DNA from: an uncultured Candidatus Saccharibacteria bacterium
GTDB lineage: Bacteria > Patescibacteriota > UBA1384 > XYA2-FULL-43-10 > CAINNR01
Direction: 5' to 3'
Length of the DNA: 40,194 bases
Assembly: GCA_964515615.1 (NCBI GenBank)
Contig: CAZEVI010000001.1
Coordinates: forward strand, 17,535 to 57,728
Part shown: positions 16,675 to 26,802 of the stretch, piece by piece
How positions within the stretch are numbered: the stretch's first letter is position 1
Layout: each line of letters begins with the position of its first letter
The notes under the pieces: generated by a model
What the model was told of the DNA's origin: nothing
Databases searched by the model: none
Seen by the model: only the letters and a program-made list of their open reading frames with translations
Made by a program: the position numbers and the translations under genes

Positions 16675-18906
16675 TTATATTTTTCTAAAAATTTCTAAAT
16701 ATCTTTGTCCAATCTTTTCCCAACGATATTTTTCAACCAGTTTGTTTTGCTTCTCAATATATTTTTTTCGAAATTTTTTGTCTTTAATCAGTTTGTTCAG
16801 ATTGCTTGACCAACGCCTTTTTTCTTCCAACGGAATTGTAAAGTCTTTGCCGTAGATTTCTTTCAAAGAACCTCGATTTGAAGATATTATCGGTACGCCG
16901 GCAGCCATAGCCTCGAGCGGAGGAATACCGAACCCTTCGTAGAGAGACGGGAAAATTGCGGCGACTGAATTTTGTAAAAGTATTGGAATCGTTGCCGGTT
17001 GACGATTTTGGTCTATTGGACCGGTAAAAATAATTCGATCAGCTAGATTATATTTCTTAGCCACCTTTTCCAGTTGACGAAAGTAGGAAATATCAGCATT
17101 TGTGTTTCCGACAAAAACAATTTTTAGCTTTGATTGTCTGAAATTCTTGAAAATTTCCAGCGAAAATATTTGATTTTTTTTCTTGCTGATTTTTGCCACC
17201 TGAATTATATAATTGCCTGCAAGTAGCTGGTATTTGTCTAATGTTTTTTTAATATTATCAACCGAATATTTTTGCAAAAAAATTTCGTTAACTCCGATCG
17301 GAATTATATTGATCTTTTCTTTTTTGTAACCTTCACTGATCAAATCTTTTTTATCGTTTTTAGAAACGGCGATAATTTTATCGGCAACCAAAGAAGCGAC
17401 TCGACCGATAACCCGCCAATAAATTCTAACCGGCAGCGAAATGCTTTGGTCAAATTTATATATCATTCCGTGAACGGTGGTAATGATTTTTTTGCCGGGT
17501 AATTTATAAAAACAACTTGAACTTTTGGGATAAAATATTACTTTGGATCGGTTTTTTATTGCTAAGTATGGAATAATTAAATTATCCCAGAAAAAATTAT
17601 TTTTAACTTGCGAAAAATTAATTTTGACATTTTCAGCACGAAAATAATTCAAATATTTTTTATTATTAACAACTAATTGGATCTTTAAATTTTTCTCTTT
17701 GGCAAGCTCAAGCAACAAATTGTAAAGATAGTTTGAAGCACTTGATCCCTCTCGAATGAACGCCCGACCGTCAATGGTAATCCTTCGCGTCGGAAATCTG
17801 TAATAATTAAAATATTGCTCGGCTGCCAATTCCCAACTTAACAATTCGGCAATAATTTCTGATTGCCTCCCATACGCCGCGATCAACTTACGATTTTTAA
17901 GATAGTAGTTGACTTTTCCTTTTAAATCCCTAATTGAACCCTTTTTGACAATGAAACCGTTTCCTTCTATTAATTTTCGACTTCCACCGGTGTCAGTGAC
18001 AATAATCGGCAAACCGCAAGCCATCGCTTCTAAAATCGAGTTACTCATTCCTTCATTTAGCGACGGCAAAACGAAAATGTCAGCTGCCTGCAAGTATTTG
18101 ACGATATTTTTATGATCGACTTCGCCGGCAAAATTGACATTGACTTGATATTTTTTAGCCAATTCTTTCAGTTCGTTGCTCATATTACCGCCGCCGACCA
18201 AAGTCAATTCGATATTTTTTAAGTTTTTTAACGCCGGAATTAGAAACTGATAACCCTTGCGGGCAATCAATCGGCCGGTGGAAATTAATCTGATTTTTTT
18301 ACCTAGCGTTTTATTTTTCGGCGGTTTGAATTCTTGGGTGTCAATACCATTGGTGATTACTTTTATTTCCCCCGAAAACGATCGCTGAGCCAGTTTTCGC
18401 AAGTCATTGGAGTTGGCGATCACCAATTTTGCTTTTGACCAAATACGCCGGCTCAAACGGCCAAAAATCAGTTTGTCCAATTTCTTAAACCGCGGATTGT
18501 AAAACGGCACATCGCTACCGCGTAAAGAGACAATGTATGGTAAACCAAGTTTCATCGCAATATAACCACAGGGAATTCCAAAAAATGCATGGACTAAATT
18601 AAATTCTTTTTCACCGGCTAATTTCTTAGCGTAGCGATAGGCTCGCCAACTATATTTTAAGAGATCAATGTTACTCTGGTAGTGAATATCGCCTTTTTTA
18701 CCAATGTCGAGATAATGAATTTTGATATTTTTGGAAAATTTTTTAATTTTAAAAATGCCGGTTGAACTGGTAATTAGATCGATCTCCAAATTTTTCATCT
18801 TTGAAAATTCACTAAACAGATATTTTGTTGCATTGCCGGCACCGCCGCCTAGTGGCGGAAATTCATAATTCAGAAATAAAATTTTGATCTTCTCATTTTT
18901 TGTCAT
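16675..18906 (-). CDS. Tandem double GT4 (GT-B fold) glycosyltransferase fusion
   Basis: 743 aa. The first module has KILFLNYEFPPLGGGAGN and EGMSNSILEAMACGLPIIVTDTGG. The second module (from about aa 375) has EGFGIPPLEAMAAGVPIISSNRGSLKEI. Confidence 0.85.
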   Translation of the reverse strand: MTKNEKIKILFLNYEFPPLGGGAGNATKYLFSEFSKMKNLEIDLITSSTGIFKIKKFSKNIKIHYLDIGKKGDIHYQSNIDLLKYSWRAYRYAKKLAGEKEFNLVHAFFGIPCGYIAMKLGLPYIVSLRGSDVPFYNPRFKKLDKLIFGRLSRRIWSKAKLVIANSNDLRKLAQRSFSGEIKVITNGIDTQEFKPPKNKTLGKKIRLISTGRLIARKGYQFLIPALKNLKNIELTLVGGGNMSNELKELAKKYQVNVNFAGEVDHKNIVKYLQAADIFVLPSLNEGMSNSILEAMACGLPIIVTDTGGSRKLIEGNGFIVKKGSIRDLKGKVNYYLKNRKLIAAYGRQSEIIAELLSWELAAEQYFNYYRFPTRRITIDGRAFIREGSSASNYLYNLLLELAKEKNLKIQLVVNNKKYLNYFRAENVKINFSQVKNNFFWDNLIIPYLAIKNRSKVIFYPKSSSCFYKLPGKKIITTVHGMIYKFDQSISLPVRIYWRVIGRVASLVADKIIAVSKNDKKDLISEGYKKEKINIIPIGVNEIFLQKYSVDNIKKTLDKYQLLAGNYIIQVAKISKKKNQIFSLEIFKNFRQSKLKIVFVGNTNADISYFRQLEKVAKKYNLADRIIFTGPIDQNRQPATIPILLQNSVAAIFPSLYEGFGIPPLEAMAAGVPIISSNRGSLKEIYGKDFTIPLEEKRRWSSNLNKLIKDKKFRKKYIEKQNKLVEKYRWEKIGQRYLEIFRKI

Positions 18907-19792
18907 TTATAATATTTTTTATTTTATATGATTTTTTGCCTTGCAATTCAAAATATGTCCGAGTTAAAAGCTCGGCTAAAACACCGGTTAAAATTAATTG
19001 AAACCCAACGATAAAAAACATCGCCGCCATATTTGGTAGCGGCGTCCGATTGATCGAAAGGTCGAGAAAAATTTTGTAGTAGAGCGAAATTGAGAAAAGA
19101 ATGATTGAAATGAAAATCGCCCAAATTCCGTATTTGCCAAAAAAGTGAATCGGCCGACTAATGTATTTGTGAAGAAAACGAATTACCAAAAGATCAAGAA
19201 CCACTTTAAATATTCGTGAATAACCATATTTGCTTTTGCCAATTTTTCTCTCTCGGTGATTGACAATTACTTCGGCCACTTTGCCACCGGACCAAGAAGC
19301 ATAAACCGGAATAAAACGATGCATTTCACCATAAAGTTCAACTCCTTCAACCACTTCTCGGCGATAAGCTTTCAAAGTGCATCCGTTATCATGGATTTGA
19401 ACTCCGGAGATCTTTCTAATTATCCAGTTGGCAATTTTTGACGGCAAAACCCGAAAAAAACTGTCTTGGCGATTCTTCCGCCAGCCAGAAACCACCGAAT
19501 AACCTTGATCAATCTTTTCCATTAACTTTGGAATATCTGCCGGGTCATTTTGCAGATCGGCATCCATTGGAATTATTGCCTCGCCCGATGAATAAGAAAT
19601 TGCGGCTGACATTGCCGCCGTTTGGCCAAAATTCCGCAAAAAATTTATCACTTTAACTTTTTTGTCTTTCCTGACAATCGTTTCCAGCTCCAATAACGAA
19701 TCATCGGACGAACCATCATTAACAAAAATTATCTCATGGCGGCGATCGGTCAATTGAAATATCTCTTTTAACTCGCCATAGAGCGGCAGCAA
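18893..19792 (-). CDS. GtrB/ArnC/DPM1-like GT2 polyprenyl-phosphate glycosyltransferase; 5' end apparently frameshifted at an A8 tract (probable true start ATG 19854)
   Basis: The 299-aa track ORF starts at TTG inside the conserved N-terminus. It carries FVNDGSSDDS, PMDADLQNDP and two C-terminal TM helices. The same frame continues upstream as KSKIEISVIIPVYNEAGNL with no canonical start codon. ATG 19854 is in a different frame. Confidence 0.8.
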   Translation of the reverse strand: MLPLYGELKEIFQLTDRRHEIIFVNDGSSDDSLLELETIVRKDKKVKVINFLRNFGQTAAMSAAISYSSGEAIIPMDADLQNDPADIPKLMEKIDQGYSVVSGWRKNRQDSFFRVLPSKIANWIIRKISGVQIHDNGCTLKAYRREVVEGVELYGEMHRFIPVYASWSGGKVAEVIVNHRERKIGKSKYGYSRIFKVVLDLLVIRFLHKYISRPIHFFGKYGIWAIFISIILFSISLYYKIFLDLSINRTPLPNMAAMFFIVGFQLILTGVLAELLTRTYFELQGKKSYKIKNIINDKK

Positions 19793-19850
19793 ATTCCCTG
19801 CTTCGTTATAAACCGGAATTATAACTGATATTTCGATTTTCGATTTTTTT

Positions 19851-21251
19851 TCATCGTAAACGTTTGTTATTGCCGGTAAACTCTCTGACTACTGAAACCA
19901 GAATAAATAACAAAATAAATATGTAAATTGCTTTTACTGTTTTATTGGCAAATATAATATGTTCATCGCTAAATGAAACGATAAATATTACAAACAGAGC
20001 AATGATAATTTTATGGATAAAACCGGGGTTAAAACGGGTAATCAGCAAAAGTCCGGCTGCGGCAAATGAAAGAATTATTGTTGGAGAGATATAGGAAGTC
20101 AGAGCGGAATTTAAGTTTAATATCAAAAATAAAATTATCGCCGCCAGCAGTAGCAACATTTCCAAATTGACCCGTCGAAGATTTCTGCTCTCGACAACTC
20201 TAAATAATGTTTTCGGATATTCCCCGACTGTTTTTTTGATTGTGCCAAAGTGAAAACTGGCGTAGTACAACAACAATATAATTAACAAGGAAAAGATCGA
20301 ATAAGCAATATATCGATTAAAACGATCCGCGATCAATGGGTATTTGGCAATATAATCGCCAGACGATTGAACCAAATTAAAGTATGAGCGTTTGCTTAGC
20401 TCAATCGATGATAAAAACGGCTTATTGTGATATGAATAATATGGCATTGAAAGCGAATTGGAAAATGGGTCAGATGGCGTTTTATATAAATCAACTCCAT
20501 CACTGACGATTAATGCGGCAAAACTTTTTTCCGCTATCTTCAAAGAAATTTTTTCTCCATTAACGCTCAGTTTTACATTGCTGCCGATCGCTCTGGAAAT
20601 TTTTTTCTGATCAAAATTTGCAACGCCAGTCAAAAAAACCACCTTATCAATTTTACGATTGCTATTTGCTGATTTAATCCCTGCTGCGTTGTAATTTTGA
20701 ACATTAAAATTATCTAATTTATAGACTCCGGAAAAAACTCTTTGAGCCGAATACTCTTGACCGTTTATTATTATGTCCAATGACGGCCCGCTGTCATCGG
20801 ATGTTTTCAGGTAAATCTGGTATGTCTGGTTGGAATATAACTCAATATAACTTTGATAACTTTGGTCGGACAAAATCGTAATCGCTGAATTATTACTTAG
20901 GTCGGCGTTATTCAAAGAAGAAACAGTTGATAAAAATTGTTTCCTTGTCTCTGAAACGATAATGTTATAATCGGCAAATGTTCGAAGATCGTTATCAATT
21001 ACAAAATCAGCATCGTTTACTGTCGGAGCGTAATTAGAAAATATGTTAGCCAGAAACTGCAAAAGATCGTCTCGTTCGGCTGCTACTTCCCGAGAAACAG
21101 TCGACCGGATTTTGTAATCTACCATAACTATTGGCGCATCAGTAGTCTGCCAGTCATTAACTTTATTTTGATCAAAATATCTGTGCCAAATAAAAAGATT
21201 GAAGATGATGACTAAAATCACAATAAATTGTCTGAAATATTTAGCGATCAT
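19851..21251 (-). CDS. Hypothetical membrane protein (N-terminal TM, ~290-aa extracytoplasmic domain, C-terminal cluster of ~4 TM helices)
   Basis: 466-aa ORF with ATGA overlaps at both ends (19851-19854 and 21248-21251). No recognisable catalytic motif. Confidence 0.6.
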   Translation of the reverse strand: MIAKYFRQFIVILVIIFNLFIWHRYFDQNKVNDWQTTDAPIVMVDYKIRSTVSREVAAERDDLLQFLANIFSNYAPTVNDADFVIDNDLRTFADYNIIVSETRKQFLSTVSSLNNADLSNNSAITILSDQSYQSYIELYSNQTYQIYLKTSDDSGPSLDIIINGQEYSAQRVFSGVYKLDNFNVQNYNAAGIKSANSNRKIDKVVFLTGVANFDQKKISRAIGSNVKLSVNGEKISLKIAEKSFAALIVSDGVDLYKTPSDPFSNSLSMPYYSYHNKPFLSSIELSKRSYFNLVQSSGDYIAKYPLIADRFNRYIAYSIFSLLIILLLYYASFHFGTIKKTVGEYPKTLFRVVESRNLRRVNLEMLLLLAAIILFLILNLNSALTSYISPTIILSFAAAGLLLITRFNPGFIHKIIIALFVIFIVSFSDEHIIFANKTVKAIYIFILLFILVSVVREFTGNNKRLR

Positions 21252-23905
21252 TTTTGTTTGGTTTTAATGATAATTATCAAACCGCCAACCAAAGAAAGCA
21301 AACCGAGTATTGTTCCGCCAATTAACAGTTTTTCCGGCCAAAAAACCAGATACCAAGTAATTTCGTTGCCGGAAAGGTTATCTTTTGATATTTTCCAGCC
21401 GTTAGCATAGCCATTTATTACAAAATGATTATTGTCGGCAACAATCTGTTTAGCAAAAAAACTCGGCGAATCATAAATCTTCCAATAGCTGCTGAACGAA
21501 TCAGCAAACTCTAAATAGAAATCATTGGTTACGTTTTTAATGTTTACCTGATAAATTGAAGGATTGATTTTTTCGAATGAGATTGTCGGGACAGAAACAG
21601 TTTCTCGGGCTGATTGATCTTTTTTAACGGCAAAAAGCGGTTGACAATTTTCCGCCGAAATTAAACTAACTTTGTCGTTGAATCTGGCGTCTGCGACCAA
21701 TAAATTACTTTTAACGTCCAAAATTGGATTAACCGCTTGATTATTGATGCTAACTGTTGGAGCAAAATCAGTCGCCTTAAAATAGATTTTTACTTTGTTA
21801 TCACCCGGAGAAAAAACGGCATATTTATTTTTAACATCACTAATAATCTCAGTTTGACCGGCAGAATTTATCAACTGATCGTTTTTCCTTCTTAGTCCTT
21901 CGTCAAGTTGCGAATTTTGATTTTGTTGATCAGCAAGCCAGCGCTTTCTTAGAATTATAGTATTGATTTTTTCAAGAGATGTAATGCTATAAACCGTTTC
22001 ATTATTCAACGGATTAGAATAAATTTTATTTTGGCCGTTAAAGCTAAAAGCTTGATTTTCCCCAGAAATCTTTTTCAGTTCAAGCAAATTGGATATCTGA
22101 TCAAACCCGCTATCAGATATTATTTTTGATTGTCTGTTGGCATTGCCAAGAATTGAGTCCGCCAAATCACCAACCTGCGGACCAACCACAGTTAAATTAT
22201 TCGGTGCGCTAATTTTCTCTTGATTTGGGAATTTCAAAACCAAAAGGCTTCCTTGGTCAAGATATTTTTCGGCTTTTTTCTGGTTGATAATATCGAAAAG
22301 CAGTGATTCAAATTGATTATTAAAATCCTCAGGGGCGTTAACATAAACACCAATATCGCGCCTAAAAACAAGATAATCAATTTTGCCAACATCGAGATAT
22401 TTGACCAGCCTGTCGCTATCTTTATTCTTAATTGCCGTGTTTATCTCGCTAACCAAATCCGAGGACACACCGTTATCGCGATCGGAAAAACCAATCATCC
22501 CCGGCGCATTTGAATAGCTGGCGTAAATATCCCAAGTTTGGCGGAAATCTCCCCGAAAGCGAAGGTCGGAATTAATTGACAATGTTCCGCCGATCGGCAG
22601 ACAAAGCGCTCGAACATTTTCTTGCCCCCCAAAACTGTCTTCGAGCTGTCGGTATTCATCGGGCCACACAAGGGTTCTCATTCGAAAATCGTAATCTGAC
22701 TTATTATTCTTAAACAAACTCAAATTAAAAAACGGAGAGGCGTTAATTAAAAGAAAAATAATAATCAGCGCAAGTAGAAATTTTTGATATCTAAATTTTG
22801 AGTTAACAATTCCATTTATGGCAATTCCAGACAAAACAACCAAGGAAAATGTTGATAGGACGGTGAAACGAGCGACATCGCGAATAACATTTGACAGTGG
22901 GAGAGTTGCCAAAGTTTCCCGATCGATCAGGAAAAGAAGCATTGGAGTCATCATCATAATTATCAAGTAGATAATTTCTCGACGATATTTCCGGAAAAAA
23001 ATTAGTGATGTAATAACTAGCACCGGCATAGTAAAGCTGATGGTTGCAAATGCGCTCGGAAAAGCGGTTTCAAATTGATAATTAAACAAACTACCCCAAG
23101 CTCGAAAAATGTTGCTGGCCGACAATCGAAGTGATGTTCCCAAACTAATTGAGCTGGTAACCAAAGTACTGCTGGTCAACAATTTATCGGGAAAGAGAAT
23201 TACTCCGGGCAACCAATAAAGATTTAACAAACAAAACGCCAGCAAGGTTAAAACAAACATTTTCAAGCCGCGGGAAAATGTCGTCAGACTGTCGGAATAT
23301 CCGATAATTATAGCGATCATTGTAATCGGATACCAAATCGCCGCCTGCGATTGTAAAATCGCCAGCGAAAAAACCAATGATGAAAAAAACGCGTAGCGAA
23401 AGTTGTTTGTTTCGATTGCAGATGAAAATAAATAGACAAATAATGGTAGCAGAGCCAGTGCCAAAATTACATAAATCCAACCCATTAAAACATAATTAAA
23501 AAATATCGGCGTCAGAATATAAATAAAACCGATAAACAGTTTTAGCCAAAAAGAAAATTTGTATTTCGTCAGCAGTAAAAACATATTGCTGGCGGCCAAG
23601 GCAAAAAATAAAACTATCAAAATTTTCATTGTAATGTCGCCGGTGATTCCAAAAAGAGAGAAAAACTTCAAAACCGAGACAAAAATAACCGACATTGGAG
23701 CAATCTCTCGAATTCCAAAAAGATTACCGGAATGAGTCCAAGAGTGAAGCGATGCCCTAAATGCGGCATCTATTTGATTTAGATCAATCGGGTAGCTCCA
23801 ATCGCCACCTAAAATCGCCCCGCTCTTTAAGAGAACGGGCAAAAAAAGCAGTGTTGCCACTATTAAGTAAATGAGAAAAATATTTAAATATTTCTTAAAA
23901 TTCAT
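21248..23905 (-). CDS. Large GT-C-like membrane glycosyltransferase (polytopic N-terminal half, large extracytoplasmic C-terminal half, terminal TM anchor); loosely resembles AftD/DUF3367-type arabinofuranosyltransferase-like proteins
   Basis: ~885 aa from ATG 23905 (track start 23950). The N-terminus has GGDWSYPIDLNQ...SLHSWTHSGNLFGIREIAP. The C-terminus has HFVINGYANGWKI...WYLVFWPEKLL followed by a TM helix. The family assignment is by resemblance only. Confidence 0.55.
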   Translation of the reverse strand: MNFKKYLNIFLIYLIVATLLFLPVLLKSGAILGGDWSYPIDLNQIDAAFRASLHSWTHSGNLFGIREIAPMSVIFVSVLKFFSLFGITGDITMKILIVLFFALAASNMFLLLTKYKFSFWLKLFIGFIYILTPIFFNYVLMGWIYVILALALLPLFVYLFSSAIETNNFRYAFFSSLVFSLAILQSQAAIWYPITMIAIIIGYSDSLTTFSRGLKMFVLTLLAFCLLNLYWLPGVILFPDKLLTSSTLVTSSISLGTSLRLSASNIFRAWGSLFNYQFETAFPSAFATISFTMPVLVITSLIFFRKYRREIIYLIIMMMTPMLLFLIDRETLATLPLSNVIRDVARFTVLSTFSLVVLSGIAINGIVNSKFRYQKFLLALIIIFLLINASPFFNLSLFKNNKSDYDFRMRTLVWPDEYRQLEDSFGGQENVRALCLPIGGTLSINSDLRFRGDFRQTWDIYASYSNAPGMIGFSDRDNGVSSDLVSEINTAIKNKDSDRLVKYLDVGKIDYLVFRRDIGVYVNAPEDFNNQFESLLFDIINQKKAEKYLDQGSLLVLKFPNQEKISAPNNLTVVGPQVGDLADSILGNANRQSKIISDSGFDQISNLLELKKISGENQAFSFNGQNKIYSNPLNNETVYSITSLEKINTIILRKRWLADQQNQNSQLDEGLRRKNDQLINSAGQTEIISDVKNKYAVFSPGDNKVKIYFKATDFAPTVSINNQAVNPILDVKSNLLVADARFNDKVSLISAENCQPLFAVKKDQSARETVSVPTISFEKINPSIYQVNIKNVTNDFYLEFADSFSSYWKIYDSPSFFAKQIVADNNHFVINGYANGWKISKDNLSGNEITWYLVFWPEKLLIGGTILGLLSLVGGLIIIIKTKQK

Positions 23906-25031
23906 CAATAATTTTTTGGAAGTAATCAATTGTCCGTTTGCTAACGGCATTTATTGCGTACTTCTCTTGTACCAGTTTATAGCCCCCGTTTGCAAGTGTT
24001 TTAGCTAATTTGGAGTTTGACAGAAGCTTTTTCATTGCTTGCTGCAAATCCGTTTTTCGCGGCTTAACCAGAATCGCTTCTTTGTCCCCGATAACTTTTG
24101 GAATCTCTCCCATTTTAGTAGCAATAATCGGTTTCCTCATTGACATTGCTTCCAAAAGCGACCTAGCGGTTGTGGCATGATAAGTAAACGGCAGAACAAT
24201 CAAATCGGCAGCCGCCAGATATTTGGGAATTTCACTTAGCGGAACAAACTCCATAAAATCAATATATTTTTGCAGTTTAAGTTCGATAATCCTTTTTTCC
24301 AACAAATCTCTCTGCTCACCGGAACCAAAAAGAATTTTGGTCTCCGATTTCTTCGGCATTAAAGCAAATGCTTCTAACAGTAGTTCGGCTGATTTGCGAT
24401 TGTATTCGTACATTGGTTTGGCAAAAACTATTAGTTTTTTTGCTTCGCCAATGTATTTTTTTCGGATCTCTCGGCCGGAAACTTTCGGATTAAAAAGTTC
24501 TAAATTGATACCTCCGGGAATAAAGGACACTCGTTTTTGGCTAATTCCCCATTTTTTAAGATATCGATTAAAGTGATAATGAGACCAGCAAACAAAACCG
24601 TCAATCGACTTTCTGGTAAAGAGAAATTTCTGCAACCGATTAAAAATTTTGTCTCTGAAAGATTTTTCAACTTCATTAATTATCTCAACCGTAACCACCA
24701 ACGGTTTTTTTAATTTTGACCTTAAAAAAATGCCGGCGGGAATTCCTCTGGCACAGATAACATTGATAATATCGGCTTGAATTTTTCCTAATCGCACGAA
24801 ATGAAAAATAATTGAAAAATTAAAAATGATATCGGTTATAAATGGAATTTTAGATCCCCTGACCCAAACAATCTCCAAATTTTTCGGTTTTTTGAATTTA
24901 GAACCCTTGGGGCTGTAAGTCGCAAAAAGCGTTACCTTTTCCGCTCTTTCGCAAAAAGCGTCAATCTGCTCTTGAATGTAGGAACCATTTTCATATAAAG
25001 GATATTGATAATATACGGCAACAATCTTCAT
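23895..25031 (-). CDS. GT4 glycosyltransferase
   Basis: MKIVAVYYQYP..., LLEAMSMRKPIIATKMGEIPKVIG. ATG 25031 overlaps the upstream stop as ATGA (25028-25031). Confidence 0.85.
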   Translation of the reverse strand: MKIVAVYYQYPLYENGSYIQEQIDAFCERAEKVTLFATYSPKGSKFKKPKNLEIVWVRGSKIPFITDIIFNFSIIFHFVRLGKIQADIINVICARGIPAGIFLRSKLKKPLVVTVEIINEVEKSFRDKIFNRLQKFLFTRKSIDGFVCWSHYHFNRYLKKWGISQKRVSFIPGGINLELFNPKVSGREIRKKYIGEAKKLIVFAKPMYEYNRKSAELLLEAFALMPKKSETKILFGSGEQRDLLEKRIIELKLQKYIDFMEFVPLSEIPKYLAAADLIVLPFTYHATTARSLLEAMSMRKPIIATKMGEIPKVIGDKEAILVKPRKTDLQQAMKKLLSNSKLAKTLANGGYKLVQEKYAINAVSKRTIDYFQKIIDEF

Positions 25032-26791
25032 TTTTTCTCCGCCACCACCAACTGTTGACAACCGCTACCGATCCGAGAATTCCGAAAATGAGACATTTTT
25101 GATTGATCGATCTTCTCCCGAATATCGCCAACCGAATTACTTAAATTTTTTATCTTCATTAATTTTTTACCGAGCGGAAAAACAAATTTTCTGCCGACAA
25201 AATCCCAAATAGACAAACCGCGAACCAAATGTTTTTTGATTGCAAAACCGTTTTCTTCCAAAAGATTTTTCAGCTCAGAAAAAGTCATTTCGCTGCAATG
25301 TGTTTCGGCCAAATTTTTGACTAGAAAACTTTTGTTCGGCGTAGTAATTATTAATTTGCCCTTTTTTGATAGAACTCTGGCCGCTTCTTCAACTGCCGCC
25401 GGTGGATTTGGAATATGCTCGATCACTTCGTTCATAATTACCACATCAAACTCTGACTTTTTAAACGGCAATTTATAAACATTCGAATGCTGACGGACAT
25501 TTAATCCTTTCTTTTTACAGCTATTAACCGAAAATTCGTTCGATTCCAAACCGACTTTCCTTTTGGCATCGATTTTTGAAAGCAAAACTCCAAGGCCACA
25601 GCCAATCTCCAAAACGCTGTCTTTGGTTTTGATCTTGCCGTATTCTATAATTCCGGCATGGTCCATTCGATTATCCTTTTCGAAACCACTCATTCCGGTT
25701 TCGACATAATATTTCTGAGAGTATTTTTCGTCGGAATTCGAATCGCCGATAAAAAGATGAATGTCATTTAACCTTCGGGAATTTAATTTACTTTTATACC
25801 AATCAACCATCGGGATAATAATACTTCTCGGTAAAATTGCTAGCCCGAGAAAAAAGAACCAAAAATTCAATTCGAAAATATTTTCCCAGCGATATTTGAT
25901 TAAAAGCCAGACTTCATATAGAAACTGACGGTAGCGGGCATAATTGCGAATTTGAACCAATCCTTCATAATTGCGGGCAATAAAGTCAATACCCCATTTT
26001 CGCTGCTGGCGATATCCTTTACCGGCAAAAACCGTTTTGAACATTCTGATCCAAGTAAATGTTGGCGAAGGATTGTAAATTGACGATAGAGAACGAGTTT
26101 GTGAAGAGAGAATTCGAACAGCCAAAATGTAGTCCGAAAGAAAAACTGCTTTGTGTTTTTTGAAGATTGACATAAACGGGTAAATGTGGGCCGGAAAAAT
26201 GTCTTCGTGAATCGGCAAATCCATCCACTCGCGCCGGTAAGCCAAAGCGGAAAGTTGGCCGACCGACTCAATAACTTTTTCAAAAACTTCCGAATCTTCA
26301 TTGGAGGAGATTAAACGATCTTCATTTTCATCAAGTGGCTTGACAGCCCGAACGGCCAAATTAATGTCATCATTTTCAAACCAGTAATATGGCCGAGTAA
26401 CAACTCCAACATCGTTGTCCATTTTAAAAGCGTTGAGAGTTTTTTCCAGCGCTTGCGGCGACAGAACATCGTCATTTCCCATTAGATAAATATATTTTCC
26501 GCCGGCCAACTGCCGGCAGCGTTCGAGATTTCCGGAATAGCCAAGATTTTTTTCATTGCGAAAATATTTAATTCGCTTATCATTTTTCTGGTATTTTTTG
26601 ATTACTTTTTCCGTGTCGTCCGGCGAACAATCATCGACAATAATCAATTCGAAATTTTTGATCGTTTGATTCAAGATGCTTTCAATCGTCTCGCCGATAA
26701 TATCTGCCGATTTATAAGCCGGAATCAAAATCGAAAAAAGCAGCCTTGCCGTACTTTTACCTCTATTTGATGTTTTAATTTTAGATTTCAT
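25028..26791 (-). CDS. Fusion protein: N-terminal GT2 glycosyltransferase plus C-terminal class I SAM-dependent methyltransferase
   Basis: GT2 part: FSILIPAYKSADIIGETIESILNQT..FELIIVDDCSPDDT. Methyltransferase part: VLEIGCGLGVL...FDVVIMNEVIEHIPNP. ATG 26791 is preferred (the track start 26851 would overlap the upstream gene by 49 nt). Confidence 0.8.
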   Translation of the reverse strand: MKSKIKTSNRGKSTARLLFSILIPAYKSADIIGETIESILNQTIKNFELIIVDDCSPDDTEKVIKKYQKNDKRIKYFRNEKNLGYSGNLERCRQLAGGKYIYLMGNDDVLSPQALEKTLNAFKMDNDVGVVTRPYYWFENDDINLAVRAVKPLDENEDRLISSNEDSEVFEKVIESVGQLSALAYRREWMDLPIHEDIFPAHIYPFMSIFKKHKAVFLSDYILAVRILSSQTRSLSSIYNPSPTFTWIRMFKTVFAGKGYRQQRKWGIDFIARNYEGLVQIRNYARYRQFLYEVWLLIKYRWENIFELNFWFFFLGLAILPRSIIIPMVDWYKSKLNSRRLNDIHLFIGDSNSDEKYSQKYYVETGMSGFEKDNRMDHAGIIEYGKIKTKDSVLEIGCGLGVLLSKIDAKRKVGLESNEFSVNSCKKKGLNVRQHSNVYKLPFKKSEFDVVIMNEVIEHIPNPPAAVEEAARVLSKKGKLIITTPNKSFLVKNLAETHCSEMTFSELKNLLEENGFAIKKHLVRGLSIWDFVGRKFVFPLGKKLMKIKNLSNSVGDIREKIDQSKMSHFRNSRIGSGCQQLVVAEKK

Positions 26792-26802
26792 TTGATTGGA
26801 TT

